Assembly: GCA_964016885.1 (NCBI GenBank)
Contig: OZ024741.1
Location: forward strand, 369,706,001 to 369,770,000
Length of the DNA: 64,000 bases
Direction: 5' to 3'
DNA from: Eledone cirrhosa
Taxonomy: Eukaryota
The notes beneath the pieces were generated by a model. The model had not been told where the DNA came from and made no database searches. It saw only the letters and a program-made list of their open reading frames with translations. Shown one piece after another: positions 14,600-29,150 of the stretch; the stretch's first letter is position 1, and every line of letters starts with the position of its first letter. A program made the translations under genes and the position numbers.

Positions 14600-14647
14600 A
14601 ACATTTGAAAAGATGGCTTTTGCAGACCCATCGAAACCGGTCATTTT
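14600..14647 (+). ncRNA. Minimal HHR with U3:A8 core variant in the PLE 3' region
   Basis: AACAT-TTGAAAA-GATGG..CCATC-GAAA-CCGG-TC-ATTTT; palindromic stem III ACCGGT; stem I weak. Confidence 0.65.
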
Positions 14648-14783
14648 TTATACCCTTTATTATTTCCTTACCTTATAAAATTATGTTTTTTCACAAAAAA
14701 GTATTCTGTCTCTTATATATTCCATGTGCCATTACCAACCTCAATTTTCTCTATAACCTTAGTTTTGTGTAGAAAATTACACT

Positions 14784-14967
<184 letters not shown>

Positions 14968-15562
14968 TAACAGATTAAAGTTTAAGCAAAGAATCGCTGC
15001 TTTCACCCTTAACGGGATCTTCTGAAACTAACAAAGTCAATCTGTAAACGCAGAAGTGGATATTTAAAAAAACGTTGCAACCGGAGAAAGACAGGAAGAC
15101 GATACTTTGGTTCGTGGAAACGTTCCCTGGCAAAGAACGGGAAAAAACGAATATAATACGACATTAATTGGAGCGGTGCAAAACAATTACGCGCAAAGAC
15201 AGAACCACGTTTATGGTATAAAGAGGTCGTAGACTAATATTCTCTTAGGTGGTTCATAGAGACGTTCTCTGGCAATGAACGAAAAAAACGAAGATAATAC
15301 GTCATATGTGGTGCGTAGAGAACAATTGCACGCAAAGACAAAACAACGTAAATGATATAGCAGAAGTCGTAGACTAAAATTCTAACTAGAAGACCGAATG
15401 AATCTCCGCTTCAGAGTTAAGAATAAAGTAAATAAATACAATACAGAGGTAATAGAAATTAAATAAATACATACACGCATGCAAATACGTACATACACAA
15501 TTGTGTGGACACGTCTACTGATTTCGGAGCATATTCTCTCACTTATATGTATGTTGGAAACG

Positions 15563-15641
15563 CAGGACATGGCAGCGATAATGAGGGACAGAGACCGCTG
15601 GAGAGAACTCGTCCATGGATATCGGGAATTTTACCCGCCTT

Positions 15642-15643
<2 letters not shown>
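15563..15643 (+). mobile_element. Possible extreme 3' tip of an RTE-like LINE
   Basis: Translates QDMAAIMRDRDRWRELVHGYREFYPP*, resembling the M.DR..WR..V C-terminus; followed by (TA)n. Confidence 0.4.
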
Positions 15644-15709
<66 letters not shown>

Positions 15710-16080
15710 ATGTATATATGTATATAAGTGAATAAACATATATATATATGAAATAGATCTTACATACACACGCATATACAATATAACCCCACCTCTGCAC
15801 ACACACACACGCTACACTCCGAGTGTTGGTATAATCGATTTTCCCCGCCACACATAAATTGCTAGCCTAGTGCCAAAATTAAAAAAATATATTATATATA
15901 TATTTATAAATTTTTTCTTTTCTATTTAAACTTAGGTCGTTATTGCAATTGTCATTTTTGAAACTGCATAGACAGCTGTTTGTTATCAAAGCTTCATTCT
16001 TCTCATCTACATTTTCAATTGAACGACAAAGACTCATGCATTTTCTTTCCCCCCTTATACATACACACACATATGCATAC

Positions 16081-16111
<31 letters not shown>

Positions 16112-16173
16112 TGTATGTATGTATGTATGTATGTATGTATGTATGTATGTATGTATGCATGTATGTTTGTATG

Positions 16174-16233
<60 letters not shown>

Positions 16234-16255
16234 CATACAAACGTATATATATACA

Positions 16256-16319
<64 letters not shown>

Positions 16320-16409
16320 CGTATGTACGTATGCATGTATGTACGTATGTATGTATATATATATGTGTGTATATATATATATATTTATATATACATGTAT
16401 ATATATATA

Positions 16410-16440
<31 letters not shown>

Positions 16441-17400
16441 ATCTCTGTGTAAGCAATTATATGAAATAGCAGAATATTTCACACAATACATAAATTGCCA
16501 CTAATACATCTGTTCAATAGATTTATCTCCCCTTTAATAATTTTACCCCCACCCCCTTTTCTATCTCCCTGTCTGTCTGTGTGTCTGCCTGTCAATACAT
16601 CTGTTCAATAGATTTACTTCCTTCTTTTCTACACTTCCCTCTTTTCTGTTTCCAATCACCCCGTCTCCATCTCCTCCTGTTTCCCCCTCGCACACTCTCT
16701 CTGTCTCTCACTGTCTCTATTTGTCAGTCAGTCCGTCTGTCTGTCTGCCTGTCTGTCTGTCTGTCTGTCTATCTGTCTTCCCGTCACTCTTCCTCTCTTA
16801 TTTTAACTCCCTTGTCTAGACTAATTCTTAAATTTTATTTATGATCTTCTCGTTGTCATTATCGTTGTTATTGTTGTTGTTGTTGTTTATTGATATCGTA
16901 TATTCTTGCTGCTGCTGCTGCCGCTGTTGTTGTTGTTGTTGTTTATGGAGGCATCACTCCTCCCTTTTGACACCTCATCCTTCATATTTGCCGTACAACA
17001 TTTCACCATTTCAATTCTTCTATTAACTCATTAGAAACTGCTTTTACAATCATCAGTCATATTCATCTTGTTATATATTTCTCACCGCTCTACCTTTTCC
17101 CAGTTTTCTTTTTTATTTTTGTCAGTCTTCTCTTTCCCAAACACGCTTTCTTTTCTCTGTTTCTATCATCCAATGAGGGACTAGCGTCTGAAACAGTAAT
17201 ATTTTTTACCAACCCTATCAAGCGTTAAACTATTATATCGTGATCGTATTGTATTGTATTGTTCTCCTGTGTGTGTTTTTTTTCTTGACTTTATGTATGT
17301 ATGTATGTATGTATGTATGTATGTATGTATGTATGATCTTATTTTTATTTTGTTTCGGTAAATGTTTTCGATGTTCAGAGAGTAAGATTTGCCCCGTGCA

Positions 17401-17479
<79 letters not shown>

Positions 17480-18100
17480 ATATAATATAACAAACCTCCT
17501 CCATTTCCATCAAGTGTGAACCTAATATAACTGTCTCAAAAAAGTGCGGTGTCCCAGCATACCAACAGCCTATGGGACAAAGTAAAAGAGTAAATATGTA
17601 CACACACACACTCACCCCCCCCCACACACACACATACATACACACACAACATATATATACACGATAGATTTACGAACTATGGGCATATTTGAAATTTGGA
17701 AAGATAGTCATCCCAATGCTGATAACTATAACGATAGTTGATCCCTAAAAATATTAGCTGAAAAAAATGGGTAAAGTACACCTGGAGACGGAATATAGTG
17801 GACACTTATTAATAGCAATCAAACATAGTTATTGTTATCCGCATTGTGGGTGACTATATTTTCAAATGTGTGTGCTTGTTTATGTGTGTAAGTGGAGAGA
17901 GAGAGAGAGAAAGGGAGTGGGGGGGGGGGTGATTGAGAAAGAGAAAGATATATATATATAGAGAGAGAGAGGGGGAGAGGGGGAGAGGGAGAGAGAGTGA
18001 GCGAAAGAGAGAACGAGATAGAAAGAGTGAACGAGAGCGAGAGAGACAGAGTGAGAGAGCGAGATAGAGAAAGAGAGAGAAAAAGAGAGACAGAGCAAGA

Positions 18101-18374
18101 CAGATAGATAGATATATTTCTTTATTAGCCACAGGGGCACAAAAGAAGGGGACAAATACAAAGGGGGAAGTTTACATACAATAAAAACGTGTAAAATGTT
18201 ATCACAAATGGAATTTAAAAAGTTAGTCGATTTTCCCCAATAGAGGGAGACAGTTTATATGGGTAACACATACCCCCGAAAAAAAATGTGCAACCCTCAT
18301 CTCCAGGAGTACGAAGAGCTTGTATTCCTTTCCTCTCCTTCTCCTTTTCCTCAACCTACAGGCAAGACAGATAG

Positions 18375-18395
<21 letters not shown>
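18101..18395 (-). mobile_element. Third Tx1 copy (3' UTR only) embedded in (GATA)n
   Basis: Reverse complement of about 3334-3590; GATA repeats on both sides. Confidence 0.85.
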
Positions 18396-18407
<12 letters not shown>

Positions 18408-18779
18408 CAGAACACTATAAAATTACCAGCGGATCACATAAACCGAAAGAGTACAATGCGTTCTTCATATCTTGTAGGTTTCGTTAAGAAAAAAACATTG
18501 AACAGATTTATAAAGGGAAGACAGTTTGTATAAGTAAAGAGGCAATATATCTTAATGGAAGCCAACTAGAGGTTAAAGTTTTATGAAGCTATTTTCAATA
18601 CATCTGCTGCCATCCTTCATTATAGACGCCAAATTTAATCTATTCAACATTCATAACAACCATCTTCTTTTACTATTATGTTTTTGTTTTTTTTATCAAA
18701 TAGAATTTTTATACATGTAGTAATGTAGTACTCAATGTGAAAGAAGGCTGTGGTTGTGTGGTGTGCGTTTATCGTATCT

Positions 18780-19190
18780 TTTATTATTTTACTGGTTTCA
18801 GTTCTATCATCTGTCTGCGGCCATGCTGGAACAACATTTCGATTTAGTCGATCATATCGACTCCAGTATTCATTTTTGAAAGTTGGCATTATTTTTATCG
18901 ATCACTTTCGTCGAGCTACTAAATTACTGGACATAAAGACAGTTGCAAACGTAACACCCCTCTCACACACACACTCTCTCTCTCGCTCTCTCTGTCACAC
19001 ACTCAAAAACATATATACATTATGTGTTTCTGTAGTTCTGTGTCCCAGTCCCACTCACAATAATACATCACCATTGGTCAACCTGAGGCTACAGTAGAAG
19101 ACAGTTGACCAAGGTGCTGCGCAGAGAGACAGAACCTAGAACCATATAACTGAAAAGCGAACTTCTGAACCTCACAGCTATAACAGCCTC
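18780..19190 (-). mobile_element. Degraded octopus-type tRNA-derived SINE
   Basis: CTGCGGCCATGCTGG near one end and GGTCAACCTGAGGCTACAGTAGAAGACAGTTGACCAAGGTG near the other; resembles the abundant octopus SINE from memory and the copy at 62797-62960. Confidence 0.6.
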
Positions 19191-19489
19191 TGTATGAATG
19201 AATATATTTAAGAAAACGTTGAATATGTGTTGCAGAGTGGCCGTATATTTGGGGAATAACTGTGGGAATGATCAAAGGAATCTGACACCATACAAACATA
19301 TTTTTCTTGATTTATCTATGTCAAGAGTTTCCTCTTAAATTATGAGAAGAATTGAAATAATTAATAAAGAAAGAAGGGAAGAAGGAACTGGTTCCTAACA
19401 AAAAAGCAAAAAACTCATTCGCTATTGGTTGTATTTGATATGTATTGTAAGAATGTATTTATATATAAGTTCATTGATATATATATATA

Positions 19490-19802
19490 TGAGAGTATTG
19501 AAGTTTGCTTGAAGCATTGTGGAATAATAAGGTAAATTTCTTTAAGTCGTTTGGAAGTCTCGACAATGCAAATGGGTAAATCTCCGGGTAACAAGATCCG
19601 GTGGTGGAGAGAGAGATGTAAGTGAGTGTACGTTGAGATGCGTGGCGTGTATAAGACGTGTAGAGGAATGAAGGAAAGAGCATAAAGGATAAAAATAAAA
19701 ATAACAACACGAGAGAGAGTTACCTTGGGAGAGATTTAATTGTCCCTATATATTTCGGATTCACATCCATCAACTGGGTTTTTTTCCGGGGTGGGGGAAA
19801 GG

Positions 19803-19803
<1 letters not shown>
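19490..19803 (-). mobile_element. Solo pseudo-LTR related to the PLE at 24130-26543
   Basis: Shares AAGTTTGCTTGAAGCATTGTG and the HHR-like hairpin motif (19743-19779 vs 24324-24359). Confidence 0.7.
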
Positions 19804-19837
<34 letters not shown>

Positions 19838-19845
<8 letters not shown>

Positions 19846-20764
19846 TATATTTAGAGTTATAAACTCAAACAGTCCTTTACAATTAATTAGCTCAAAGAAA
19901 GAAGCATTTCTGAGCCGTGAAATACAAGTTAATATAAATTAATATATGATAAACACATAAGTGTTTGTATTGTAAATGACCAAGTTAGCTAGAATGAAAT
20001 ATACTAATTAAAATAAATATAGTTTGCCTGTCTCGATTTAAAATAATAAATCAATAAAAACAAACCCATATTGGCAATAACCGTGTTTTTATTGATTTAT
20101 TATTTTAAATCGAGACAGGCAAACTATATTTATTTTAATTAGTATATTTCATTCTAGCTAACTTGGTCATTTACAATACAAACACTTATGTGTTTATCAT
20201 ATATTAATTTATATTAACTTGTATTTCACGGCTCAGAAATGCTTCTTTCTTTGAGCTAATTAATTGTAAAGGACTGTTTGAGTTTATAACTCTAAATATA
20301 ATATAATATTGCGGCTCCTTTTGTTGAGCTAAATTTTAATCCCATATAAACGGCTGTTATTTCTAGCACCATGAGTATGGGGATAGCTAGTGAGCTGGAA
20401 AACCACGTGCGTTAGCGCTTGTACACCAGACCTCCAAAAATATTTCGAGGTGAAACATCCTAATTTTCTGGATACCTGTTGATGAACACAGAAAATGGAA
20501 TCTTTCACTTTTTTATACTATCGTTGCGAAACTTATTTGGGTTTTGAAATTTAAATTTGTCTGCGGAACAGGTTTGGATTTTGAAATTTAAATTTGTCCA
20601 GGTATCACGGTTATTGCCAATATGGGTTTGTTTTTAATGATTTATTATTTTAAATCGAGACAGGCAAACTATATTTATTTTAATTAGTATATTTCATTCT
20701 AGCTAACTTGGTCATTTACAATACAAACACTTATGTGTTTATCATATATTAATTTATATTAACT

Positions 20765-20768
<4 letters not shown>
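19838..20768 (+). mobile_element. Family B HHR unit with 5' inverted arm (19838-20085) and terminal redundancy
   Basis: 19838-20061 is the reverse complement of 20084-20309; 20084-20223 repeats at 20629-20768; homologous to 8091-8722. Confidence 0.8.
20471..20606 (+). ncRNA. Type I HHR (family B) with a 37-bp duplication of the stem III module
   Basis: GATACCTG-TTGATGA..TGC-GAAAC..GTC (duplicated 20525-61 / 20562-98)-CAGGTATC; perfect 8-bp stem I. Confidence 0.7.
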
Positions 20769-20799
<31 letters not shown>

Positions 20800-20838
20800 T
20801 TGCGAGGTTTTTTATATGAAATCGTGTGTCGAAACAAA

Positions 20839-21340
<502 letters not shown>

Positions 21341-21523
21341 TAATATCAATATATCATCTACTACTTTTTCACATACACACATAGATAAACCACTGCCTCC
21401 CAGCACACAAACCACTCCCACCCCACACAAAGTGGCATTCGCACTTTACCATATCCAAGTAAAATTTAAATATACATTGCTCTCAGCTCTTTCTCACTTT
21501 CTCCCTCTCTCTCTCTATATATA

Positions 21524-21638
<115 letters not shown>

Positions 21639-21803
21639 GCATGTATATATATGTATATATATGTTATGTATATATATACGTATATATATATTGTTTTAAT
21701 AAAGATGAGATTCTACAGGACTATTTCATTCTTTATACTCTGCTATGTATTGAGTACCTTACTTACTGTGGTTACCTCCGATTCAACCCGGAATAACTTA
21801 CCT

Positions 21804-21890
<87 letters not shown>

Positions 21891-21943
21891 GTAAGTATGT
21901 ATGTATACGTACATACATATATGTATACAGACGTACAGTAGCA

Positions 21944-21969
<26 letters not shown>

Positions 21970-21977
<8 letters not shown>

Positions 21978-22800
21978 TAAAAGAATAATGAATAAAACAA
22001 TGAAACAGTTCCTTATATTAAACAAAAAAAGTTCATTATTTAACGATCGTTTCTAGGATATATATGTGTTAGAATTGGCATGCATATTCAACAGATCTAT
22101 GTACAAAATTATACAAAATTATACAAACTATCAAGATTAAATATACATACCAAACACACATATATGCCGTCTTCAGAAATAATGAAATATATTTATTGAT
22201 AATAACAACAATTCAAAATTTCAGGTCCGTTTGGGAACGGAGTTCAAATTGACCAATGAAAATACAAAAAATTTTATGCAGTTTGGTGTGTGTATATACA
22301 TGTAATTAACTTCGTACATATATTTATATAAAGATATATGCTCACATGCATACGCATGCCAAAAAGATGTATGCAAATACAAAAATTCAAGGCTAATGTC
22401 TCTGTAAGTTTATAATCCACAGATAAAATGCGTATAGACACATAAATATGAAATAAATGTATACACACATTCACATACTCACACATACTCGTACACTCAC
22501 ACACACACGCGCGTATATGCATAAACATACACATAATTACGAACATACATACACACACACATCCCCACACACATATATATATGTGCATATAGTACTATCA
22601 TAAGCATATGGACACTAATGTACGCACATAAACACTGCCACACACACTCAGATCAAGATACAGAAATTAGGTGGGAGGGGGGGAGAGGTCAGTATTCAAC
22701 GGTTTCGGCAGACTGCTTATTTATAGATGTATCTATAAACTTAGAAATAAAAAGAAAAGAAAAAAAAGGAAAAGAAAAAAGAAAAAAGAAATATATCAAG
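21970..22800 (-). mobile_element. Non-coding PLE-type 3' region, family E, copy 1
   Basis: Collinear with about 39250-40000; contains an HHR; ends in (TA)n. Confidence 0.75.
22032..22186 (-). ncRNA. HHR with 116-nt stem II extension (family E)
   Basis: Minus strand: TTCATTATTT-CTGAAGA-[116 nt hairpin]-GAAA-CGATCG-TT-AAATAATGAA. Confidence 0.8.
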
Positions 22801-22801
22801 G

Positions 22802-22858
<57 letters not shown>

Positions 22859-23275
22859 TATACATACAACAAACACACACACACATATATAAACATATAC
22901 ATATATATATATATACACATATATACACACATACATATATATATACACACATATATACACATATATACACACACATATATATACACACACATATATATAT
23001 ATACACGCACATATACATACACACAAATATATATATATAGAAACAAGCAAAATATAAAGTATACATCGATATACATACATATAGACATATAAATAAATAC
23101 ACACGCATACACACACATACATATACATACATATACATACACATATATATAAACACATACATATACATACATATACATACACATACCATATAAATACACA
23201 TACACATACACAGCCGCATACATATAGAGACACATACATATACACATATAAATACATAGACACATACATACATAA

Positions 23276-23326
<51 letters not shown>

Positions 23327-23397
23327 TTTACACACATATACACATACACGCATACATACATATATATATATATATACATATACACACATATATACAC

Positions 23398-23430
<33 letters not shown>

Positions 23431-23450
23431 GACACATATACATATACACA

Positions 23451-23489
<39 letters not shown>

Positions 23490-23492
<3 letters not shown>

Positions 23493-23627
23493 CAGGTACA
23501 CATATATATATGTACGTATCAGTTTAGCGGACGTTTATTATAACGCCCGTTTGTTTACAAACGGACGAAGCGGGCGTTATAATAAACGTCCGCTAAACTG
23601 ATACGTACATATATATATGTGTACCTG

Positions 23628-23671
<44 letters not shown>

Positions 23672-24099
23672 TGCTACTGTACGTCTGTATACATATATGT
23701 ATGTACGTATACATACATATTTACATTTAAGTTAGTGCCGTACTAAGAGTGAGAAATGAAATTTCGTTTCATTCTATTACAACTTATCCTTTTCGGTGCG
23801 CCTGGCCGACTGAACTCACTCGATATGCAAATTAGGCTGCTCAGCCGTTAATTTTCATAAGGAAAGTATTTACTTTCGAACGTTCATCCATCTGGCAGAA
23901 GGGTATACGGTGCTGATGATAGCTAAGAAGCTTCAAACTAGTACATCGTTCCTGTGTCTGTGTTGAACAAAAAAGGTGACGTGGTTGCCTTAACACCGTA
24001 CGGCATAAATCAGGCTGTCCGTTTGTTTACAAACGGACAAAGTGGGCGTTATAATAAACGTCCGCTAAACTGATACGTACATATATATATGTGTACCTG

Positions 24100-24108
<9 letters not shown>
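23490..24108 (+). mobile_element. Non-coding HHR unit, family C (retrozyme candidate), period 472 bp, with 5' inverted arm
   Basis: 23549-23635 repeats at 24021-24108; 23490-23549 is the inverted arm; HHR at 23907-23949 (GAAA mutated to CAAA); octamer ATGCAAAT at 23825-23832. Confidence 0.8.
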
Positions 24109-24129
<21 letters not shown>

Positions 24130-24130
<1 letters not shown>

Positions 24131-26543
24131 GAGGGTGTTAAAGTTTGCTTGAAGCATTGTGAAATGTGTAAAAATACGTATTTAAGAAAGCCACAACAAT
24201 GCAAAGGGAAATCTCGAGGTAGGAAGTGAAATATAGATAGGAAAAACAGGTGAAAGTGAAAATTGAGAGAGACAAAGATGAAAACAAAACAAAGGTAGAA
24301 GGGTTACCGTAGTAGAGATTTAATCCCAATATTTCGGGCTCACGCCCATCAACGGGGGAAAAGTTCCAAAAGGGGGGAAACAGGCCAAGCGGAGAAAGTT
24401 GTGATGTCGTTAAGACAGGAATGCCGTTATGGGGAGAAAAATATTAAAAATTTAAACGAGGGAAAGAATGCGCGTGCGCGCGATAGGCTGTGGCAAAAGC
24501 TACTGACCAAATGGGTTAAATCAAGAGGGTGCGTTAGCGTGTGAAAGCCGTAAGATATGTGTATGTAAATATATATGTGTGTGTAACTGTGTGTGTATAA
24601 GTGTAAGTGTGTATATGTGTGAGTGTGTGTGTGTGTGAAAGATAGTGGGCTGTAGAAGTTGGAAATCAAAGGGTGTGAAAGGTGGTAGGTTGTAAAATAT
24701 GTGTGCGTGTATAAATATAGATGTGTGTGTGTAAGCGTATGGGTATACATGTGTGTGTAACTGTGTGTGTATATGTGTGAGTGCGTTTGTGTGTGAAAGA
24801 TAGTGGGCTGTAGAAGCTGGAAATCAAAGGGTGTGAAAGGTGGTAGGTTGTAAAAACATGTGTGCGTGTATAAATATAGATGTGTGTGTGTATGCGTATG
24901 GGTATGCATATACGTGCGTGTGTGTGAAGATAGCAGGCCGTAGGCTGTGAATGGTCATTATGGTTAAGTTAGCCATGTCAGCTCATTTCTCTCAGCCCGG
25001 TTGTTAAGTGGGGGTCTGAGGTTCTTAATAACAAGTGCTTCCTTTATCCTTAAGGATCCGATGCTGCGTTCAGTCGCTGGGACTGTGACCAAGGGTCTAC
25101 CCTGTGGGTTTCCGCATTTAAGGATATGTTTACGGAAGGAAGATGCGTTGGTGTTGATATGTTCCTTGATACGAACATGTAGGGGTCGGATGGTGCTACC
25201 TATGTAAAACTTGTTACATTTATCGCATTGAATCTTATATACGACATAGGTGCGTAGGCAATCTGCCCCCCGTATCGGGCAGTTGCTGAGGGAACACGTC
25301 CCATCTGCCTCGTAGGGTTTGTTGGAGAGGCATCTTCGCAGCGAAGGTCCTGTGTGGGCCAAATGTATGTCAAGTCCCTCCGTCCGTATGGCCCTGCGGA
25401 TGGCGTTCGTGGTATATTCACTCAGGTGGGGGCTTTTAAAGAAGCACCTGCTAATATTAGGTTTTCTAGTGGGTGTCAGTCTACTGGGTCTGGGGTCTCT
25501 AATTCCGTTAATCAGTCGCTTGGGATAACCATTAGATCTGAGTAGATTACGGAATTGCGTGGTATGGGTGAGACCACCCATCGGGTCGCTGCATCTGTTA
25601 GTGATCCGTGTCAGTTCATTTAGGACATAGCCTCTCTTAGCGTTGTTGGGGAGGGCTGAGTTATAATGCACAAATAAGTCCTTGCACGCTGCTTTGCGGT
25701 AGAAGGTGGTGTTTATGTCTCCTTCTTCCGAGATGTTGATACGGAAGTCGAGGAGGGCGAGTGACCCGTCTTCTCCTGGGTGTTCGATGGTGAAATCGAT
25801 GTGCTGGTCAGTATCGTTGAAGATTTGGTGAATTTCATTCGCCATCTCCCGGGAAGAGGTAAGTATCAGGATATCATCAACGTATCTGGAGTAGAAGGCG
25901 ACGGCGTTGGGTTGGCAGGTATTGAGTGCCTTGCGTTCCAGGTGGTCCATGTACGAGATCGCAAGTATGCCGGACAGACTAGAGCCCATAGGTAGCCCAG
26001 AGATTTGTTTGTACGTGTGGCCGAGGAAATTGAAGAGTGCATTATCCACAACGAAGGAGAGGAGTTGGTGGATGTCCGTGTGTGTGAGTCCGAAGCAGTG
26101 TAAGTTAGATGCTCGGACTCGTTCGGTCAACAGGTCGACAGCTGGGGATGCTGGTACGGAGGTATAAAGGGCGACCACATCAAGACTGAAGGCATAACCG
26201 TTGTCCTTTCTGGTGTTGGGCGCCAGATGGTGTAGTCGCTCCAAGACTTCCTTTGAGCTGCAGACGTGGGCTGGTAGTGTGTGTAGAATAGGTTTCAGTA
26301 GTGTGGAGAGCAGCCACGATATTTTGTAGAGTGGGCCCTCCACGCTAGAGACAATGGGCCTGATTTTCAAATCGGGTCCTTGTTTATGTGTTTTGACCAG
26401 GTGGTAGAAGGTGGGTAATTTGCTGTTTCGAGTCATTATGTTGTTTTTTACCTTCTTTGGCAGTTTTCGTTGGACACAGATGTTAGTCCATATGGTGTTA
26501 ATGCCTTCCTCGATTAGAGTCGAGGAGGTCCCTGTGACTTTAG
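24130..26543 (-). mobile_element. 5'-truncated PLE (Nematis-like by linker motif; clade uncertain)
   Basis: RT-EN ORF plus a 3' UTR with a tandem duplication of about 180 bp; (TA)n on both flanks. Confidence 0.9.
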
Positions 26544-26548
26544 TAGCA

Positions 26549-26553
<5 letters not shown>
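24964..26553 (-). CDS. PLE RT plus GIY-YIG endonuclease, N-truncated
   Basis: Motifs [75 protein letters not shown]. The listed Met comes from flanking sequence. Confidence 0.92.
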
Positions 26554-26639
<86 letters not shown>

Positions 26640-26644
<5 letters not shown>

Positions 26645-26760
26645 TGCTACTGTACGTCTGTATACATATATGTATGTACGTATACATACATACTTACATT
26701 TAAGTAAGTGCCGCACTAAGAGTGAGAAATGAAATTTCGTTTCATTCTATTACAACTTAT
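26640..26760 (+). mobile_element. Family C fragment (another lies on the minus strand at about 21885-21950)
   Basis: Near-identical to about 23668-23787. Confidence 0.85.
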
Positions 26761-27045
26761 ATATATATATATATATATACGTATATGTATGTATTTGTAT
26801 ATATTAATTTATAACTCTATAAAGTTAAGGCTCTCTAATACGTAAATATCTCAATGAAAGGAGAATATATATATATAAAAGAAAATTTCGCTCTACATGG
26901 CTGAATACAATAAATGTAATCTGAGTTTTTCGAATATTAATAATAACATTCGATTTGTTTGCAATTATGCAAACAAGCCTCAATTTTATAGCCATGTCAG
27001 TAGAATGAACACTTCATTCTTGCTCTTATGTTGGCATGCGAACAG

Positions 27046-27093
27046 AACTGCAGACACTAATGTTTCTGGGTATTACCCTTCATCAGTACAGCT
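27046..27093 (-). ncRNA. Type I HHR (family D)
   Basis: Minus strand: AGCTGTA-CTGATGA-A-GGGT aat ACCC-A-GAAA-CATTAGTG-TC-TGCAGTT. Confidence 0.85.
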
Positions 27094-27495
27094 CACTGTT
27101 CACCTGCCAAACTGTCAGAGCTAGTGAAAATATATGCTATTTTCAAAAATACACAGTGACTGATCGGCCTGATTTGCATATTAGCAGACTTGCTGATCAG
27201 TCAGATCTGCATATTAGTAGAATCCATTGATCAGCCAGATTTGCATTTCAGCAGACTGGCCAGTTAGTTACCTGTATACGAGCGATAAATGGCCGGCTTT
27301 GCCAAATTCAAATAAAAAAGAAAATTTTGCTCTACATGGCTGAATAGAATAAATGTAATCTGAGATTTTCGAATATTAATAATAACATTCGATTTGTTTA
27401 CAATTATGCAGACAAGCCTCAATTTTGTAGCCATGTCAGTAGAATGAACATTTCAATCTTGCTCTTGTGTTGGCATGCGAACAGTTTGGCAGGTG

Positions 27496-27543
27496 AGCTA
27501 TACTGATGAAGGGTGATACCCAGAAATATTAGTGTCTGCAGTT
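27496..27543 (+). ncRNA. Type I HHR (family D, two substitutions)
   Basis: AGCTATA-CTGATGA-AGGGTGATACCCA-GAAA-TATTAGTG-TC-TGCAGTT. Confidence 0.75.
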
Positions 27544-27700
27544 CTGAAATGCAAATCTGGCTGATCAGTGGATCTACTAATATGCAGATCTGACTGATCA
27601 GCCAGTCTGCTAATATGCAAATCAGGCCGATCAATCACTGTGTATTTTTGAAAATAGCATATATTTTCATTAGCTCTGACAATTTGGTGGGTGAACAGTG

Positions 27701-27748
27701 AGCTGTACTGATGAAGGGTGATACCCAGAAACATTAGTGTCTGCAGTT
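27701..27748 (+). ncRNA. Type I HHR (family D)
   Basis: AGCTGTA-CTGATGA-A-GGGT gat ACCC-A-GAAA-CATTAGTG-TC-TGCAGTT; predicted cleavage after 27741. Confidence 0.85.
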
Positions 27749-28027
27749 CTGTTCCCATGCCAACATAAGAGCAAGAATGAAGGGTTCATTCTACTGACAT
27801 GGCTATAAAAGTGAGGCTTGTTTGCATAATTGCAAACAAATCGAATGTTATTATTAATATTCGAAAACCTCAGATTACATTTATTATATTCAGCCATGTA
27901 GAGCGAAATTTTCTTTTATATATATACATATATATATACGTATATATATATATATTTTCTCCTTTCATTGAGATATTTACGTATTAGAGAGACTTAACTT
28001 TATAGAATTATAAATTAATATATACAA

Positions 28028-28117
<90 letters not shown>

Positions 28118-28271
28118 TTATTTATTTACGTAAAGTTCGGAGCGTATGTGCATAAACACCTACTCACCGTACTGTATTATTGCAGTATTGTGTTAGCTCA
28201 ATGTACATCGACAGAGCCGTTATATGTAAAAGAAACCAAAGAACGCTTACATACTTAAACAGTCTTCATTC

Positions 28272-28316
28272 ACTAACAATGTTTCATCCTCACCTTTAGG
28301 CAGGAATCATCAGAGC
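28272..28316 (-). ncRNA. Minimal HHR near the 3' end of a non-coding element (about 28130-29645)
   Basis: Minus strand: GCT-CTGATGA-T-TCCT..AGGA-T-GAAA-CATTG-TT-AGT; short stem I. Confidence 0.65.
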
Positions 28317-28549
28317 TCAACAAATACCGTGTTGAGTAAATGCTCCACAATAGCTTAGTCACACGAACAATCAGAAAAAATAATAGGGGGATTGGAGATA
28401 GCTAACAAAGTGGTTCATGCTGGGGTTATTAAGCATCACTGTAAAATACCAAGGTACAATTGGATTTACCAAGATGAAGACACAGTAGGTGGCACTCAAA
28501 AATGTAGAATGTAAAATCAAAGTGTGAAAGCATTAAAAAGTACATAATA

Positions 28550-29150
28550 AATACATAAAATTGCATAAAAATACATAAAAAATACATAAAAAATACATAA
28601 AAAATACATAAATACAGGCAAATGTTAAAACATAATATAAATTATATTTAAAGTAATAAAAAAAAAAAAATAAAAAATAAAAAAAAAATAAAAAAAAAAA
28701 AAATAAAAAAAAAAAAAAAAAAATAAAAAATAAAAAAAAAAAATAAAAAAAAAAAATAAAAAAAAAAAAAAATAAAAAAAAAAATAAAAAAAAAAAAAAA
28801 TAAAAAATAAAAAATAAAAAAAAAATAAAAAATAAAAAATAAAAAATAAAAAATAAAAAATAAAAAATAAAAAATAAAAAATAAAAAATAAAAAATAAAA
28901 AATAAAAAATAAAAAATAAAAAATAAAAAATAAAAAATATAAAAATAAAGATAAAAATAATAAATGAAGAAAAATAAAATAAAATAAAATAAAATAAAAT
29001 AAAATAAAGTAAAATAATTAAATAAAAAATATACTAAAAATTAAATTAAAATACAATAAATTAATATAAAAAAGTATAATAAAATAATAATAAATGATAA
29101 TAAAATAATATAATAATAAGATAAAATTAAATTAAAAAGGATTAAAAATA
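28550..29150. repeat. A-rich (AAAAAT)n / poly-A tract
   Basis: Seen directly. Confidence 0.95.

Larger units (their letters stand above)
26780..28040. mobile_element. Family D HHR unit (period 439 bp): minus-strand partial tandem joined back-to-back to a plus-strand rearranged copy
   Basis: 26881-27045 repeats at 27320-27484; about 26780-27250 is the reverse complement of about 27545-28040; three HHRs; 33-bp octamer-containing subrepeats. Confidence 0.85.

Noticed and set aside
20562-20598. Cluster of G-U pairs in stem III as a trace of ADAR-edited template
   Set aside because: Cannot be separated from C-to-T changes on the other arm without a consensus.
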